A stretch of DNA of 64,000 bases from Haplodiscus bocki (lineage: Eukaryota), in assembly GCA_965655095.1 (NCBI GenBank), contig OZ296651.1, positions 20,646,001-20,710,000 on the forward strand, in the 5' to 3' direction. A program made the position numbers and the translations under genes. Below the pieces are notes generated by a model. That model had not been told where the DNA came from and did not search any database. It saw only the letters and a program-made list of their open reading frames with translations. Of the stretch, positions 49,533 through 62,293 are shown in pieces. Each line of letters opens with the position of its first letter. The first letter of the stretch is position 1.

Positions 49533-52500
49533 GCTGCGGAATAATCAACTAGATGTGAACGTAGTTAAGAAAGTCATAAGTTTTCGTGAAATTTCGAAAC
49601 TTTCACCTTTCATCGAAACTACAAATGACCGATCCAATCAAAACAGTCATTCGAAGTTGTGCTCTTTTTTCGATCTCCAGAGTTTTGATGTGACTTTTCA
49701 TAGCTCTAAAGTCACTTTGATTACGCTTATGGTTACAAAACCTGACAATTTTGCAGCAGCGATGAAAGTATTTGCTGCCACACTATCACCACTGACTTGA
49801 TTATAAAGCGAAAACTACACAAATTCAGGTAGGAACAATTTGAAGAAATTAAAACGTGCCTAGAAATTGGTTTGCAAACATTGAATTCTGTTCAAGTTCA
49901 GCATGAGAACGACTCCAGTTCCATCTTAAGCTCCCCAAATCCCAACGGGTGGTGATGAAAAATCAATTTTTTCAAAATGAAATCAATTAACTGCAGGATA
50001 GGTGAAAATGAAACATCACGAGGTGAATTAAATATTGTTCAAGAAAAATTCTTGGCAAATGTAACATTGGGGAACTTCCGTTGTTGATCAAACGGTTCCC
50101 TTTCGCAACTTTCAAAGTCCCAGGTTTTGAATTCTGTCTAGATGAGTTTTGTATTTTTGAAAGATGACAACATCGCATTTTCGGTGAAAACAGAAAAATC
50201 TGGGAAAACGGATAAGTAGGTTGGAGGAGAAATTTCGCAAAGAATCAACTTCCGGAAAAGAATGCGACTGAGCAATGTATTACAAAACGAAGCGACGAAA
50301 CAGCAACAAGGATGGAATGGAAAAATGAATAGAGAATTCAACCAAAAATAGTACAATTCCGGTCATCCAATCACAAGAAGCCAGCGGAGATGTCCATCAA
50401 GTGGCGTTGTTAGCAGTACAAAAAACATAGACATATTGGATAGAATTCTTTGCGAGTAAGGCTGTCAACATGCAAAGGAAAAAAGACAAAGCAAGTCTGC
50501 TCCAACGTTTTCTGCAGCATTTGTACGAAGGAATAAAATCTTTGAAATGTGAACGCCTCGTGACAACAATCTGAAAAAATTATGGAATAATTACTATCTT
50601 TGATAAAGTCAGACTTTTTAGCAGTCGACAACACCCAGTCAAAGCTGCAGAAAAATTCTATTCTCTGTGATTTTCGTAACACTCTGGTCTAGATAAGTCC
50701 AAAGGGTGACCCATTGTATCTGAGACTTTTTCTCTAAGAGTGCGATATCGGTGAACACTTCGCCAGAATTTGTTTAGCTTCAAGTCCACGATTTTTTGAA
50801 GGTACTCTACCGTGGATTTTTCAGTCAGCCATGGAAGTGAGTTGTAGCAATCAAGATGTACCAGCAGACAAAAGGCCACAAAAAAATTTTCCGAGCAAGC
50901 ACAACATTAAATGTTTCCAGAAACTGTCGTCAAAATGTAGTTGTTGGCCAGTTCATGTCACACATGTTCGTTCAACGACTTTTCCTTTCTTTGCATGGAA
51001 TGAATTTTTTCCCTAAAGCAACATTATAAAAACAAAACTTTCTTTACCAAATTCAGCGAAACAAACCTGATTGTTGCAGTTTTGTCCTTTTCGGCAATTT
51101 TCTATTGTATTGGTGTGCAGTAAGCATATATGATAATGGACCGTCCCTACGTTGAAATTTGAATCAAGTGGAAGCTACTATAATTTTGTCCCACCTGTTA
51201 AAAACTGCTTTTTATTTTCACACAGTGTGTGAGAACAACCAGCGGACAAACTGCAAACAAACCAAATGTTTTTGAACGGAAGACTTTCAGCTTCTCAACT
51301 TACAATGTTAAACTCGATACAATTGACTTCTTTCCAATGATACTTTTTGCGTTCATTGAACGAAACGACTGAGTTAATTTTCTTACATTAGTCACCGATT
51401 ATTTTTTTGAATGAGGGGAAATTCAAATCATATTTGTTTTCTTTGTCATTGGCAAACCTTTTATAAAATAGAAGAATCTTTTAAAGAAGAAAAGATGACA
51501 ATTTGTTCTTCTTGTGAACGATCAGTGAACCCACACTCAGTTCAAAAAGATCAACCATTTCAAAATCATTTATGTTTGTAAAACTAATACACAAGCGAAC
51601 CACTGCAGTTACGAAAACAGGTCAGTATCGAATTTCGAAAAACTTAAAGTTCAGTTTCGGAAAAGTAAATTGCATATCAGCCATTGCTCTGCCAAAGGAA
51701 CATTATCAACTTGAACTTTAGCTGAGCAATGCCAACACTGGTAATTCTACTCTTGATTACTGTTTCTCCGATGATATCCACACTTCCTTTTTGTGCCAAC
51801 AAGACGGCATTCACGTTTTGGACAAAACATATCACCAATTACGTCCACTGATAAATCAGGGACAGGCTTTTGGAATTTCTTCTTTTTTCTTTCGTCTTTT
51901 GTTTTGATAACAAGAAACGGTCACCCAATCAGCAAAAGTTGAGTAAAATGAAGTTTTAGTTTTTCGCTGAAAACGATGTCATGAACTAATTTTTAATCGG
52001 CGAGGGCGAAACTGAACACTTTCCGAAGACAAAACTGGGAGCATGTCCTACAGCAAAATTCCAAAACTAGTAATTGACCGAAAACAACCTGAGGAATGAA
52101 ATGTTTCTGTAGAAACTAAGAGGTTCCATGACCTTTTTCTCACCAAGCAAGAACGGAGCTCAAGTTTTTTTCAGCTACTGTTTGTTGATTGACTAAAGTA
52201 GAAGGAAAAAACCTGCGAAACATCACCGTGAGTTGAATCGTTTTGTTGGTGAATTTGGTCAATACACATGCTCGGGTGGAAAACGATCGAAATAGAAAAA
52301 ACTGTGAACGAAAATTGACACACCAATAGGTATTTGACAATAAATTTTATACGTCCTCTTGGTTAAAAAGTGGGTGATGCAACATTGAAAACCTTCTCCA
52401 GGTTTTTTGAGCAATTGATGATACATAGTTTGTGAAAAACAAATCGAATGATTTTCAATTTTAAAAAAACTAATATCACCCAAGCAAACATTCAGCTTAC

Positions 52501-52560
52501 ATATTTAAAGACTTCCAGAGAAGATGAACGAAGGCTGGCAATTTCTCTAGTGAGGGTCAG

Positions 52561-52598
52561 CACACACACACACACTCTCTCTCTCTCTCTCTCTCTCT
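52561..52598. repeat. (CA)n(CT)n compound microsatellite at the inner end of the right arm
   Basis: Seen directly. Confidence 0.95.
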
Positions 52599-55500
52599 AC
52601 TTTTCTTACTCGCCCNNNNNNNNNNNNNNNNNNNNNNNNNNNNNNNNNNNNNNNNNNNNNNNNNNNNNNNNNNNNNNNNNNNNNNNNNNNNNNNNNNNNN
52701 NNNNNNNNNNNNNNNNNNNNNNNNNNNNNNNNNNNNNNNNNNNNNNNNNNNNNNNAAGGCTTCACAGGTCACGAAACCTGCTTCGAAGGAACTCTTTTCG
52801 TATCTCTTGAAAACTTGCCCCTCTCGAGAACAATTTGGAAAGAATTGACACTGTTTGGGATTTTTTTCATTTCGTATTCGTTGAAAAATGTCAACTGAGT
52901 CAAACGAACGCTTCCCAGAAAAAATCCAGCTGTGACTATCTCCAGTTGAATTGTTCTTGTCTAGGATGACCACATACGGATTGAAATCTATTTCTTGAAC
53001 GGATAACTTGACCTATTTTGAAAAAGTTTCATAGGTGTCATTTTCTCCCCTTTGTGTTTTCCAATGCAAAACAACGCTGACACGTGTTGATACCAGTACT
53101 TTTTTGCTTCTGCAGTTTTTAGATGAGATACCTTCATCAAAACTTCAGGCTACACTATTTTTTTGTACTTTTCTGACAATTCGTTGCAGCATAATGTCAA
53201 AAATACTTTTTTCAGGACCTTCTCAAAAAATTACAAATCTTTGTTATACTTGATTATTCAATCGAACACTTTCGGGAGTTTCAACTGTTCCATCATTTTC
53301 CAAGAACCACGCTATTTTTATGCATTCAATGTTTGTCTACATGGTGGCTACGTTCTCAGAAGCAGAGCAGTTCATCCTCCTGTAATCACTTCTGCAAGTG
53401 GCTCAACTCTTCATGACGGTAAAGGAGCCTTATACTTGGTTGACATACAAAACTCCTCACTGAGAACAACTGCGACCTCTGTCGGCCTAGTGTCACGGGC
53501 TACACCAAAATTATTTATGGAAAACTTACCATGGGGACTTCGCTGACATGCAAGAATTTGCACTACTACCAACTCCGACAGATTTTATGAATTTTTTTAT
53601 CGAAGCCATTGTTGAGTGCAAACAACTTTTTCATAGTTTTCTGAGGATGCCAGAAAGATGCTTAAAACAGTTTATTCTTTCTGGTCTGACAGAAAGAGTT
53701 GGTGATAATAGTTTATATTTTGCCATCGATTCTTCTGAACCCTAGAGTTTCAGTTTTGGAGAGTGGAGCTATGCAGAAGTTTGACTTCAGTAAACATAGT
53801 GACTACCTTTTTCGAGCTCAAAACAAAATCAGCTCTTACTACTATGTATAAAGCTGGTCTGGGCAAAGTTTTATTGTTCCTCAATGCCACGATAGGAGAA
53901 GTGCATATAACCTGACACTGAGCATAGTTTTGCGAGAAATTCGTTTTTTCAATTTCTGCAAGAAAGTTTCCTTCAGTTATTGCTTTAGCACAAAAGTTTC
54001 ACTTTTTTGAACAAACACAAAAACTTACAGAAAAAACATAAACTTACGTCTTTTTGCGATTTTCCGAGCATGAAACAAGCTGCAGAGAATGACGAAAAAC
54101 GCTCTAATCTGCAATTGCACATAGAGAGCTATACTCGGTTCCTACAGTTGTAAGCCAATTTTATAGGTTGAGGTGAAAGTTTTTTGATCAAAAGAAAGAA
54201 AGTTAAGCGTTAGTCTTTGTTAAGTTTTTTCCGAGCAACTCTTATACTTTTGGAGTTTTCAGACATTCACACATCAATCTTTTACTGAAACCTGTGACAA
54301 TTTCATTTACAAGAAGAATGAAAAAACTTTCTTGAAAGCAAGGTATTTTTCCGGAAGGCACTCTGGGTTTCATTTTATTCAGAAATGTTTCATCTTTTTT
54401 CCAGAAAATTGTCTCAGAACTCACTGTTTCTCATCTGTCGCTGCATATATCAAACACTCTAAATAAAGCAATTGTCACAACACTTATCAATTGCAGCAGA
54501 TTGAATTTGTTACCGTTAACTGCACTTGTTTTACATCTTGTGGATTGCTCACTGGAAACTGACCGTGGCGGAAATGCTGGCATTGTTGCTTTTTCTCACT
54601 ATTGTTTGAAGAAACTCTTTTCAAGAGAAATTTAAGAAAACTATAGGCAAACTCTCAAATTGATATCTTCACACTGAGACACGTTATATCATTTGTTTGC
54701 TGTTTTTAGAGTTCTCCACCAAGTGTCAATGTCATGGTGCTGAAAATTCCAAAAATGTTTCAAAATATTAAGTTTGTTCAAAGAGCTTGTAATGTTGAAC
54801 ATTTTTTTTTCTGTATTAGATAAGTTGCTTCCCCATATTTAAACTTCCAAATTGTACCAATTTTCATCTGAATATTTTGCTGCGTCCAAATCTTTCAAAC
54901 AAGTCATACAAAGCTGGAGTTGCCGTATTTTATACACCTTCGCTGATTTGGTCGTACAAATTCTAGACAGCAGCAGCCATATCAGACACTATGAAGCAGG
55001 CTTCTTACAAGTTTTTCAAAGAAAAGTTGGTTTTCTCAACTTCTTGATGTCTTCGTATTCTCTCAACAAGTCTCAAGGTGTCAAAAACTCCAGAAACGTA
55101 AAAGTTCCAACATTCAGTGAACAAAATTTCTCGTGAGCATTAACACTGAATTCTACGAAGCAAGATTGTAACGTTACTTTTCTTAAATTAGTGCAGTTTC
55201 CATTTTTTATCTTGTTGAAAAGCTTCAAAACGTCCAAGTGTGCCAAAATTGTGCGTAACCTCGGAACTCATCAGAAACGCCAATAGAAACTCCATTTATC
55301 AGCAGTAACGAAAACTATGGATCAAGTCTTTTAGTTGAATTTTTCTATTTCAAATTGGTTTCTTTAATAACTTGCTTCCTTCATTTTTCCTCCCCAAGTC
55401 TCATGTTGCCGAAAGTTTCAAAATTGTAACATTTTCAAAGAATTTTCAGCAGTTTCTATTGACAAACAAAACTAAACTTTATGATTCAAGATTTTTACGT

Positions 55501-57757
55501 CAAAACTTTCAAGTTGCAACAGTTTTTGAAGTTTTGCCGTATCGAATTTTTTCAAACGAGCCGTATAGTGCCGAAAAAGTTGGATTTTGAACATTTTCTT
55601 GAAATTTCTTTTGAGGGTGCAAATTATCAACCAAACAAGCACGTCACGAACTGCTGTTCATTTCAAAATCAAGTTTCAATAGGTTCGCCAAATACGGCTC
55701 TAAATTTTTTTCTCCATGAAGTCTCACAATGCCGAAAGTGCAAAAAACGTTACGGTTTCTCTTAATTGTACAAATTCTACTCATCCATTAGATTGCACAC
55801 TCTGATTTCTGTTTTCTGCCAAAAAAGTTTCACGTTGTAGGTTTTTTTAACGTTTTTTGCCGAACGCGATTGATCCGTTGAGTCTCACAATTCCGAATCT
55901 GACGAAAACTTTGCAGTTTTTCATTGATTTCAATGAACATTCCATTCATCACCAATGATAAGCTTTTCAAAAACCTTCTCCAACGAAAAATTCAAATTGC
56001 AATAGGTCTTCTGGATTGGTTGCTTTCTTTAGTTTTCCATCGAGTCTCACATTTCCCAATGTTCGGGAAAGCTGATATTTTCTAAGATCTCTAAACCGAT
56101 TTTTTAATGAGCAGCATTAAACTTGTGAATCGATATCCGACGTGTAGACATTTAGATTGTGACAATTCTGCCTTTTTTCAACTTGTTCATACTTTTCAAA
56201 CGAGATCCACAGTGCCAAAATTGTCACAAAATTTGAACCTCAAAAAGTACTTTTGAAAGTTCTAGTGATTAGCGGTTAAAAAAGCTGTGAAAGTTGTTCA
56301 AATCAAGTTATAAAGATGCAATAGATTATATCGTTAAGTTGCTGGCCTCTTATCTTCCCATCAAATCTCAGAGTGTTAGAAAGGCGGAAGGTGTTACAAT
56401 TCCCTGGAAAGCTTTTAGAGAAGCTCATTACATTAGGATGATTGAAGACTAATGAACAATTTCTCTCTTGTTGGTTTCATATTTTTGATCATGTCTCAAA
56501 GGCCGGAAACAACGGAAATGAGAAAATTTTTTACATTTGTAAGCGGGAATTCTACTGTCCAGCATTTTGAGTTCTCTAAATTAAGATCCGTACGTTTAAG
56601 TTGTCAGAATTCTAACGGGTAATTTCAATCTTCTGCCTCTTTCAATCAAGTTCCACAGTGCTGAAAAAGTCGAAACAATTCATAGGCCCTCAGATTTGCC
56701 AGTGATAGTTCGTATTAACAGCAGGGTTGAACAGTAAAAAAAGATTCCGTCCATCGGTTTTTTCAATTTGCAATAAGTTATTTCAACCTACACCCATCAA
56801 ATTTTTTTCCCATCGAGTCTCAGAGTGTTGAAAGTGCCTCAAATGATACTATTTTCCGGACTGTTACAAGGAAGTCCTGAACATCAGTAAAATTGAACAC
56901 TATTGATCACATTTTAGTGCACTACATTTAAACTTTGGAACTCCATTATTTTTTTCTCCATTTCTGACTTTTTTCAAGTTTTTGAGCAAGTCTCACTGTG
57001 CCAAAAACTTCGGAAAAATCAGTTTCTCAGACTGATAAATAGAGCTTCCACTTTTCAGCAATATTGAACTATCTGATTCAAAACATCGAAGTTTCAACTC
57101 AAAAACTGGAACAAAAAAAACAATCTTTGCGAATTACTCATTTTAATCTGTCCAACTTCACAGTGTCGAAATTGTCAGAAACTTCACAGTTCTTCAGAAA
57201 ATCCGCTAAATGTTCAATCTACCTGAAATGATAAACACTCTAAAAGAAGTTCCTTACGTTGGACCTTTCCATTCGTTGTAGGCTTTTTTTGCTGATTTCA
57301 AATTTTCCTTTTGCAGTCTCGCAATGCCGAAGAAAGATTGGAGACCTATCATAGCAGCTGCAAATAGGACGAATAGCTTTTCATGAGTTAACTTGGTAGC
57401 TTTAATAAATATGCGATGATATTTCGCAATGGTTCAGGAATTTCGAGGATAAAATTTCCCGCTCTGATTTTTAAAAAGGTCTGAGTTTTCCGGCTTTTGT
57501 CGAGCTTCGATGATGTAAAGAGCAATCGCTGGGGAGGGAATTGCCACAATTCAAGTTTTTTCGATTGTTTCGTTGCTGTCGGACAGTAAAATCTTGTGAT
57601 AACTCCATATTCGGGAAGGATTTTGTAATTCAGTGGTAAACCTCGCGATTACGTAATTTTTGGCTCAGGGTGGGTTGAGTAAAATACCATATATGGTTAC
57701 TCACTCAACCCTCTTCCCTCCCCCCCCCCCAGCAAATTGACCTTCACAACTACTACT
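52561..57757 (-). repeat. Right arm of the giant inverted repeat (contains a 140-N gap at 52616-52755)
   Basis: Reverse complement of the left arm; starts with (CA)n(CT)n. Lacks ~115 bp present at ~44390-44505 and has a C-run expansion at ~57720. Confidence 0.93.
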
Positions 57758-59127
57758 TCCAAAACTAGGCATATACTATATTTGTTTAAACTAAAAGTCA
57801 GATTATTTGAGAATTATACCAAATTTGACAGTTCGTATAACTCTAAAAGGTAAAATGGTATAATTAATTGCCTCCTTTTTCATCGAAAATGTTTCAAGTT
57901 CCTGTTATTTCTGGCTAGTTCAAAGGATTGTTTCGTATCGTGCCGAGCTCTTATCGTGAAGTTTGTATTTTACATCATTCAACATTGGCTGATTCTTAGT
58001 GAAATGGGCTACCATTTCCAGTCGGTGTTTTACTTCATTAAAAATCCGCCAGAAGGCCCCAGTCGTCTAGAGAGTAGGACAAATAGTTTTTCAGACACAG
58101 ACTCTGTTTCGAGACTAGTAAGTCCAATTTTAGTCCAATACCACAAATTTATTTTCTCTGTATACTCCGAAACTCCTACCACGAAAAATTTTATGCTACT
58201 CCTTTATTATTTCCAGCCTTTGCGCGCAGCGCAACAACTTGTTTATATGACAATTACCTCTCATCAAATTTCCATTATCCGGTTATTCATTTTACTATTC
58301 TCAAGTTATACAAAAAAATAGTATATATGAACACTCTGATTTCTAGAGTCAAGAAGTTCAGCAGAAGTCTTAGAACGGATACATCTATGCATTATATACG
58401 ATCAACCTAATCCTCCTAAAAGCGATCTACACAAGGAGATATAGCCTAAAACCGGAACGATAGATGTGATTAGAAAATGGACACGATTGAAACTTTCAAT
58501 CCTTCTTAGGTTGCAGTTAATGAATAGTGGCCATATTTCAAACCATTGCGACATGTTCTTCAAGAAAGTCATTAGTTCAGACATTAATGGTATGTATATG
58601 CCTATGCATTTTTTTGTACATGAAAGCATTATGTTTGCTTTCTGTACTGGTTGTACTGAGTAATATATATCCTTTTTTGATGAAGCTTCTTCTCTTGCGA
58701 GTGCACGAAATGAATTGATTCTTCATTTTCGTCAAATACACGTTTTTGCATCAATTTAAGAACAGCAATTAGGTGAAATTTTGATGCAGTATTGTCAACT
58801 GGTACAAACAGTATAAGTTGTACTATTTAGAAGGGTAGTATGAGAAGTCAATTTGAATACAAAAATTGGGAGTCAAAAAATCATCAAACAACTTCGCACA
58901 GAAAACTGATGGCTAATTACAATACAGAATGATTATCTGGGTCAAGTCATCAAACAAGAAATTCAGAATTTATGCAAGAATATTATGTCACAAAACCTGA
59001 CTTTTTTTAAACATGAAAACGAAAAGAATAATTCAAACGATATGTGCAACATTTGATATTTTCTCCATATATTAGTACGTAATTGAAATTCATAATTTCA
59101 TAGCTGACAACAGTTTTGAAGATCAAA

Positions 59128-59316
59128 CTATTTGCGGATTGAGCACATCAAGAACTTGAAAAATTCCTCCATGAACGATTCGGGTTGATCTCGGTAGCAA
59201 GGGTGGCCAGCATTTTTGACTTCAAAGGTTTTGCTGTTTTTCAGCTTGCCCAAAACTTCTTTGGAGTGGAATCCCATGCCAGTGTCTTGCTCACCGTAAA
59301 TGACCAAGGTTGGAGT
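59128..59316 (-). CDS. ABHD14B: Terminal coding exon of an ABHD14-family alpha/beta hydrolase (ABHD14B-like)
   Basis: TPTLVIYGEQDTGMG...KLKNSKTFEVKNAGHPCYRDQPESF...FL matches the ABHD14 C-terminus (catalytic Asp and His; GxxD and AGHPCY). Acceptor ttctaacgttgcttcag has a CTAAC branch site; 189 nt, phase 0, stop TAG. ABHD14A vs ABHD14B orthology is not resolved. Confidence 0.88.
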   Translation of the reverse strand, partial: TPTLVIYGEQDTGMGFHSKEVLGKLKNSKTFEVKNAGHPCYRDQPESFMEEFFKFLMCSIRK

Positions 59317-60359
59317 CTGAAGCAACGTTAGAAAAAATAAGCACCCACATTCGACCTCGTACAAGAACAAGCTGGGTCAATATTTTTCAAAAGTTTTTGC
59401 ACAGCAAAGGTCAATCACTATTTTCGTTGGGGATTTTTGGTTTCCTGTTCTATTCTATTTAACTTTCTAATATCAACAAGATTACTTTGAAGAATGAAAT
59501 GTCTTGTTTCAACACATGCATACTCGGCATTGCTGGGGTTCGCATCCAAAAAAAACTGGGAATGAAAATATATTTTCCAATTATGCACGTTTCCAGTTAA
59601 GAAAAGTAAAGGAATAGTCGATGATTCCAAAAATACTCCCAAATAATTCGGAAATACAAAATGGATCTTTTCCGAAAATTATAAATTACTTGATACACTA
59701 TTTTGTATAGATCCGGTCAAATCAGAGCATTCAGCTGTAGTGGAAGTCATTTGCTAGACAAATTGCCGCCTCACATATTAAATTCGAATTTTCGTAACCT
59801 AACGCTGTCACTATTACGACGATCTTCATAAACTTGGAAATCGAAAGTTTAATTTCAAAAAGGTAGGCCCTAGCGGCGCTCGGATATCGGAGCACAAGAA
59901 GTTGAAACAGCATTCAGAGGTTAGCAAATGAAAAACATGGCATCCTTGCGTGTGAGGACGCTCTCTTTTGGTGCAAGAAAATCGATCCCATAATAATAAA
60001 AAAAAGCTTGAAACAATTGTAGAAGTAGGGATTTCGAACATGCATTTGAATTTAAAAAATGATTTAGAACACTGAACATTCAGAATATATATGGCGAAAC
60101 TGGTTATTTCGGCTTCTGAAATATGTTTTTTTAACCAAAATACCCAAAAAATTTGAAACGATTGCCAAAAAAATAAAAAGCTGACTGGCAAGACAAAAGA
60201 GCAAAAAGTTCCGGAAAAAGAAAAATCTATTTTTGGTCAATTCTAAAGCACTCACATGACCTCTATAGTAAGAGAATTAGAGAAATCCGTAGATTTGTCC
60301 AAAAGAAGTGTTTCTATATTGATTTGAAATGGACTAGTTGTTAGAAAGTTGATCTAGAT

Positions 60360-61187
60360 GGGAAAATGAACAATTACTTGACACAGTCTTAGAGTGAAAA
60401 CTGATATGTCAGATATGTCTTTTCATACAACTGCTTTTTAGTGCCTAATGTCTAAGTTTGCTCAGTAAACAACAGGAAAAAGAACAAGTACCTGTCAAAG
60501 TTTCATTCAGAAATTGATATCTCAGATAAGTCTTTTGATGTTACTCCTTGCTGTCCAATATTTCGTTGCCACAATTAACAGCAAGAAAATGGACAAGTAC
60601 CTGACAGTCTCTTTCAAAAAATGATAAGTCAGATATGTCTGTTTATTTTACTCCTTTCTCTTGCCCAATGTCTAAGAAAACTGCACAGTAAAATAAAGGA
60701 AAACGAACGAGTACCAGACACAGTCTCAATCAAAAATTGGTTCATCAGGCATGTCTTTTCAAGTTACTACTTTTTGCTGCCCAATGTACATGGAGTTTGC
60801 ACTGCACAGTAAACAGCAGGAAAACAAACAAGTACATGACGCAGCCTCAATCAAGAAATGGTAAGTCAGATATGCCTTCTCATGTTACTCCTTCATGCCT
60901 CCCGATGTCTAAGAAGTTCGCAGTAAACAACAGGAACATGAACAAGTACCTGACACAGTCTCATTCTAAAATTGATATGTTAGATATGATTTCTTTAATG
61001 TTATTGCTTTTCTGGTGAGTAATGTCCGAGAAGTTTCCACAGTAAACAACAGGAACATGAACAAGTACCTGACAGTCTCATTCTAAAATTGATACGTCAG
61101 ATATGATTTTTTTAATGTTAATGCTTTTCTGGTACCTAATGTCTGAGAAGTTTCCACACTAAACAACACGAAAATGAACAAGCACCC
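60360..61187 (-). repeat. Isolated, inverted island (~7 monomers) of the same satellite family, intronic
   Basis: Reverse-complement monomers such as cagtaaacaacaggaacatgaacaagtacctgacacagtctcattctaaaattgatatg; the same spurious peptides (MVHQACLFK..., NNRNMNKYLTQSHSKID) appear on the + strand. Confidence 0.92.
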
Positions 61188-61826
61188 GTCGAAAAGAGGA
61201 CGTTTTCGACCGTGTACACTAGATAACTGACTGCACTCTCCAGTGGAGTTGAAAAAATGCTAGGTTTGGACATGAAAAAACTAAGCATAAGCCGCTTTTC
61301 AACACACATTCTTTCTTTCAGTCAGCATGTGTAATGAAAAACAACAATTACTTGAAAAGCAAAATTAGTTCGGAATGAATGGTGTTCACATTTGGAAGGT
61401 CCAAAAAAGCACGCATAAAAAGACTGCTTTCTAATCGACAGGTATTACGTACTTCCTCACTTTTCTGGCTTCATCTCTCATTTCCCCCAGCCAACCTGTT
61501 CGTGTAAGAAATGTCAGCGAAGACAGAAACAGATATCAAGGAAGCATCAAGTCTTAAGAAATTAGCTAGCATATTAAAAATGGCTGGATTGAATCAATTC
61601 GAGGAAAACAGGCCATTTTAAAAAATCAAAATATAATGCGAATAAAACTTCAGAGTACATTTGAATTGATCATCGCTTGAAGGTCAATTCAATTTCTCAT
61701 AATCTCCACCCGAAAGCGAGCGGAGGGAAAAGAGACGTTAATATACATACAAGTTTAGTAGAATTAGATTAAAACATCGCGATGGTTCCTCAAAAGTTAG
61801 CTAAGACTATTCCACTCGCTCCGAAA

Positions 61827-62293
61827 AAACGCTGTTCGGTTAACGAATTTTGAACGTAGATGGATTTTGATTTGAATTTCAAATATTCGATAGATTTCCG
61901 ATTCGATTTCGATTATTGCGAGTATATAATTAGCTCCACTCCAGACATTTTATTCTTAGAGTGAGGCGATATTTTTCCCCTCACTTGAGCCAAATAGCCT
62001 CTTTCGAGCAGTAACCCGGTAACTACCGAAGTCTCCACGACTCATGAGGTAGATTTAACACAATAAAGATATTTTGTGAAATAAATACAATGATGTTAGT
62101 TAACGTAGCTATCCACACGCTGTTATTTACTGTTTTCCTGATCATATAAATACTTGTTTGAATCAACGAAAATCGAAAGCAGACTTTCATATAATTCATT
62201 TTCGCATTAAATTTTATAGAAGTCTGCGATCGATTTTCGATTGCCATGAGAAATTCGATTTCCGATTTCGAATCGATTAATCGAACAGCCCTA
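61827..62293. mobile_element. Old hAT-like MITE (~470 bp)
   Basis: Right end aatcgattaatcgaacagcccta (reverse complement TAGGGCTGTTCGATTAATCG); decayed left end aaacgctgttcggttaacg; subterminal tcgat/ttcga repeats at both ends. Flanks ctccgaaa and cgccaaaa match at 6/8, like a decayed 8-bp TSD. Confidence 0.5.

Larger units (their letters stand above)
44272..57757. mobile_element. 13.5-kb long-inverted-repeat element with Polinton-type termini; candidate non-autonomous Polinton/Maverick
   Basis: Begins AGTAGTAGTTGTAAAGTTCAATTT and ends AAATTGACCTTCACAACTACTACT. The two arms align in reverse complement over ~5 kb. No recognisable protein; no exact 6-bp TSD (aacaac vs tccaaa). Confidence 0.65.

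Noticed and set aside
53035-53745. ORFs of 65-127 aa in the right arm, including a CDLC motif in an alternative frame
   Set aside because: Frames are not preserved in the mirrored left arm and no family is recognisable.
28117-57757. Treating the capsid fragment and the AGT-ended inverted repeat as one contiguous Polinton
   Set aside because: The capsid block lies outside the two AGT termini, is separated by a gap and a Gypsy element, and differs in composition; any link would be in trans and is unproven.
44266-57763. 6-bp target-site duplication around the giant inverted repeat
   Set aside because: The flanks aacaac and tccaaa match at only 3/6, so they are not counted as evidence.
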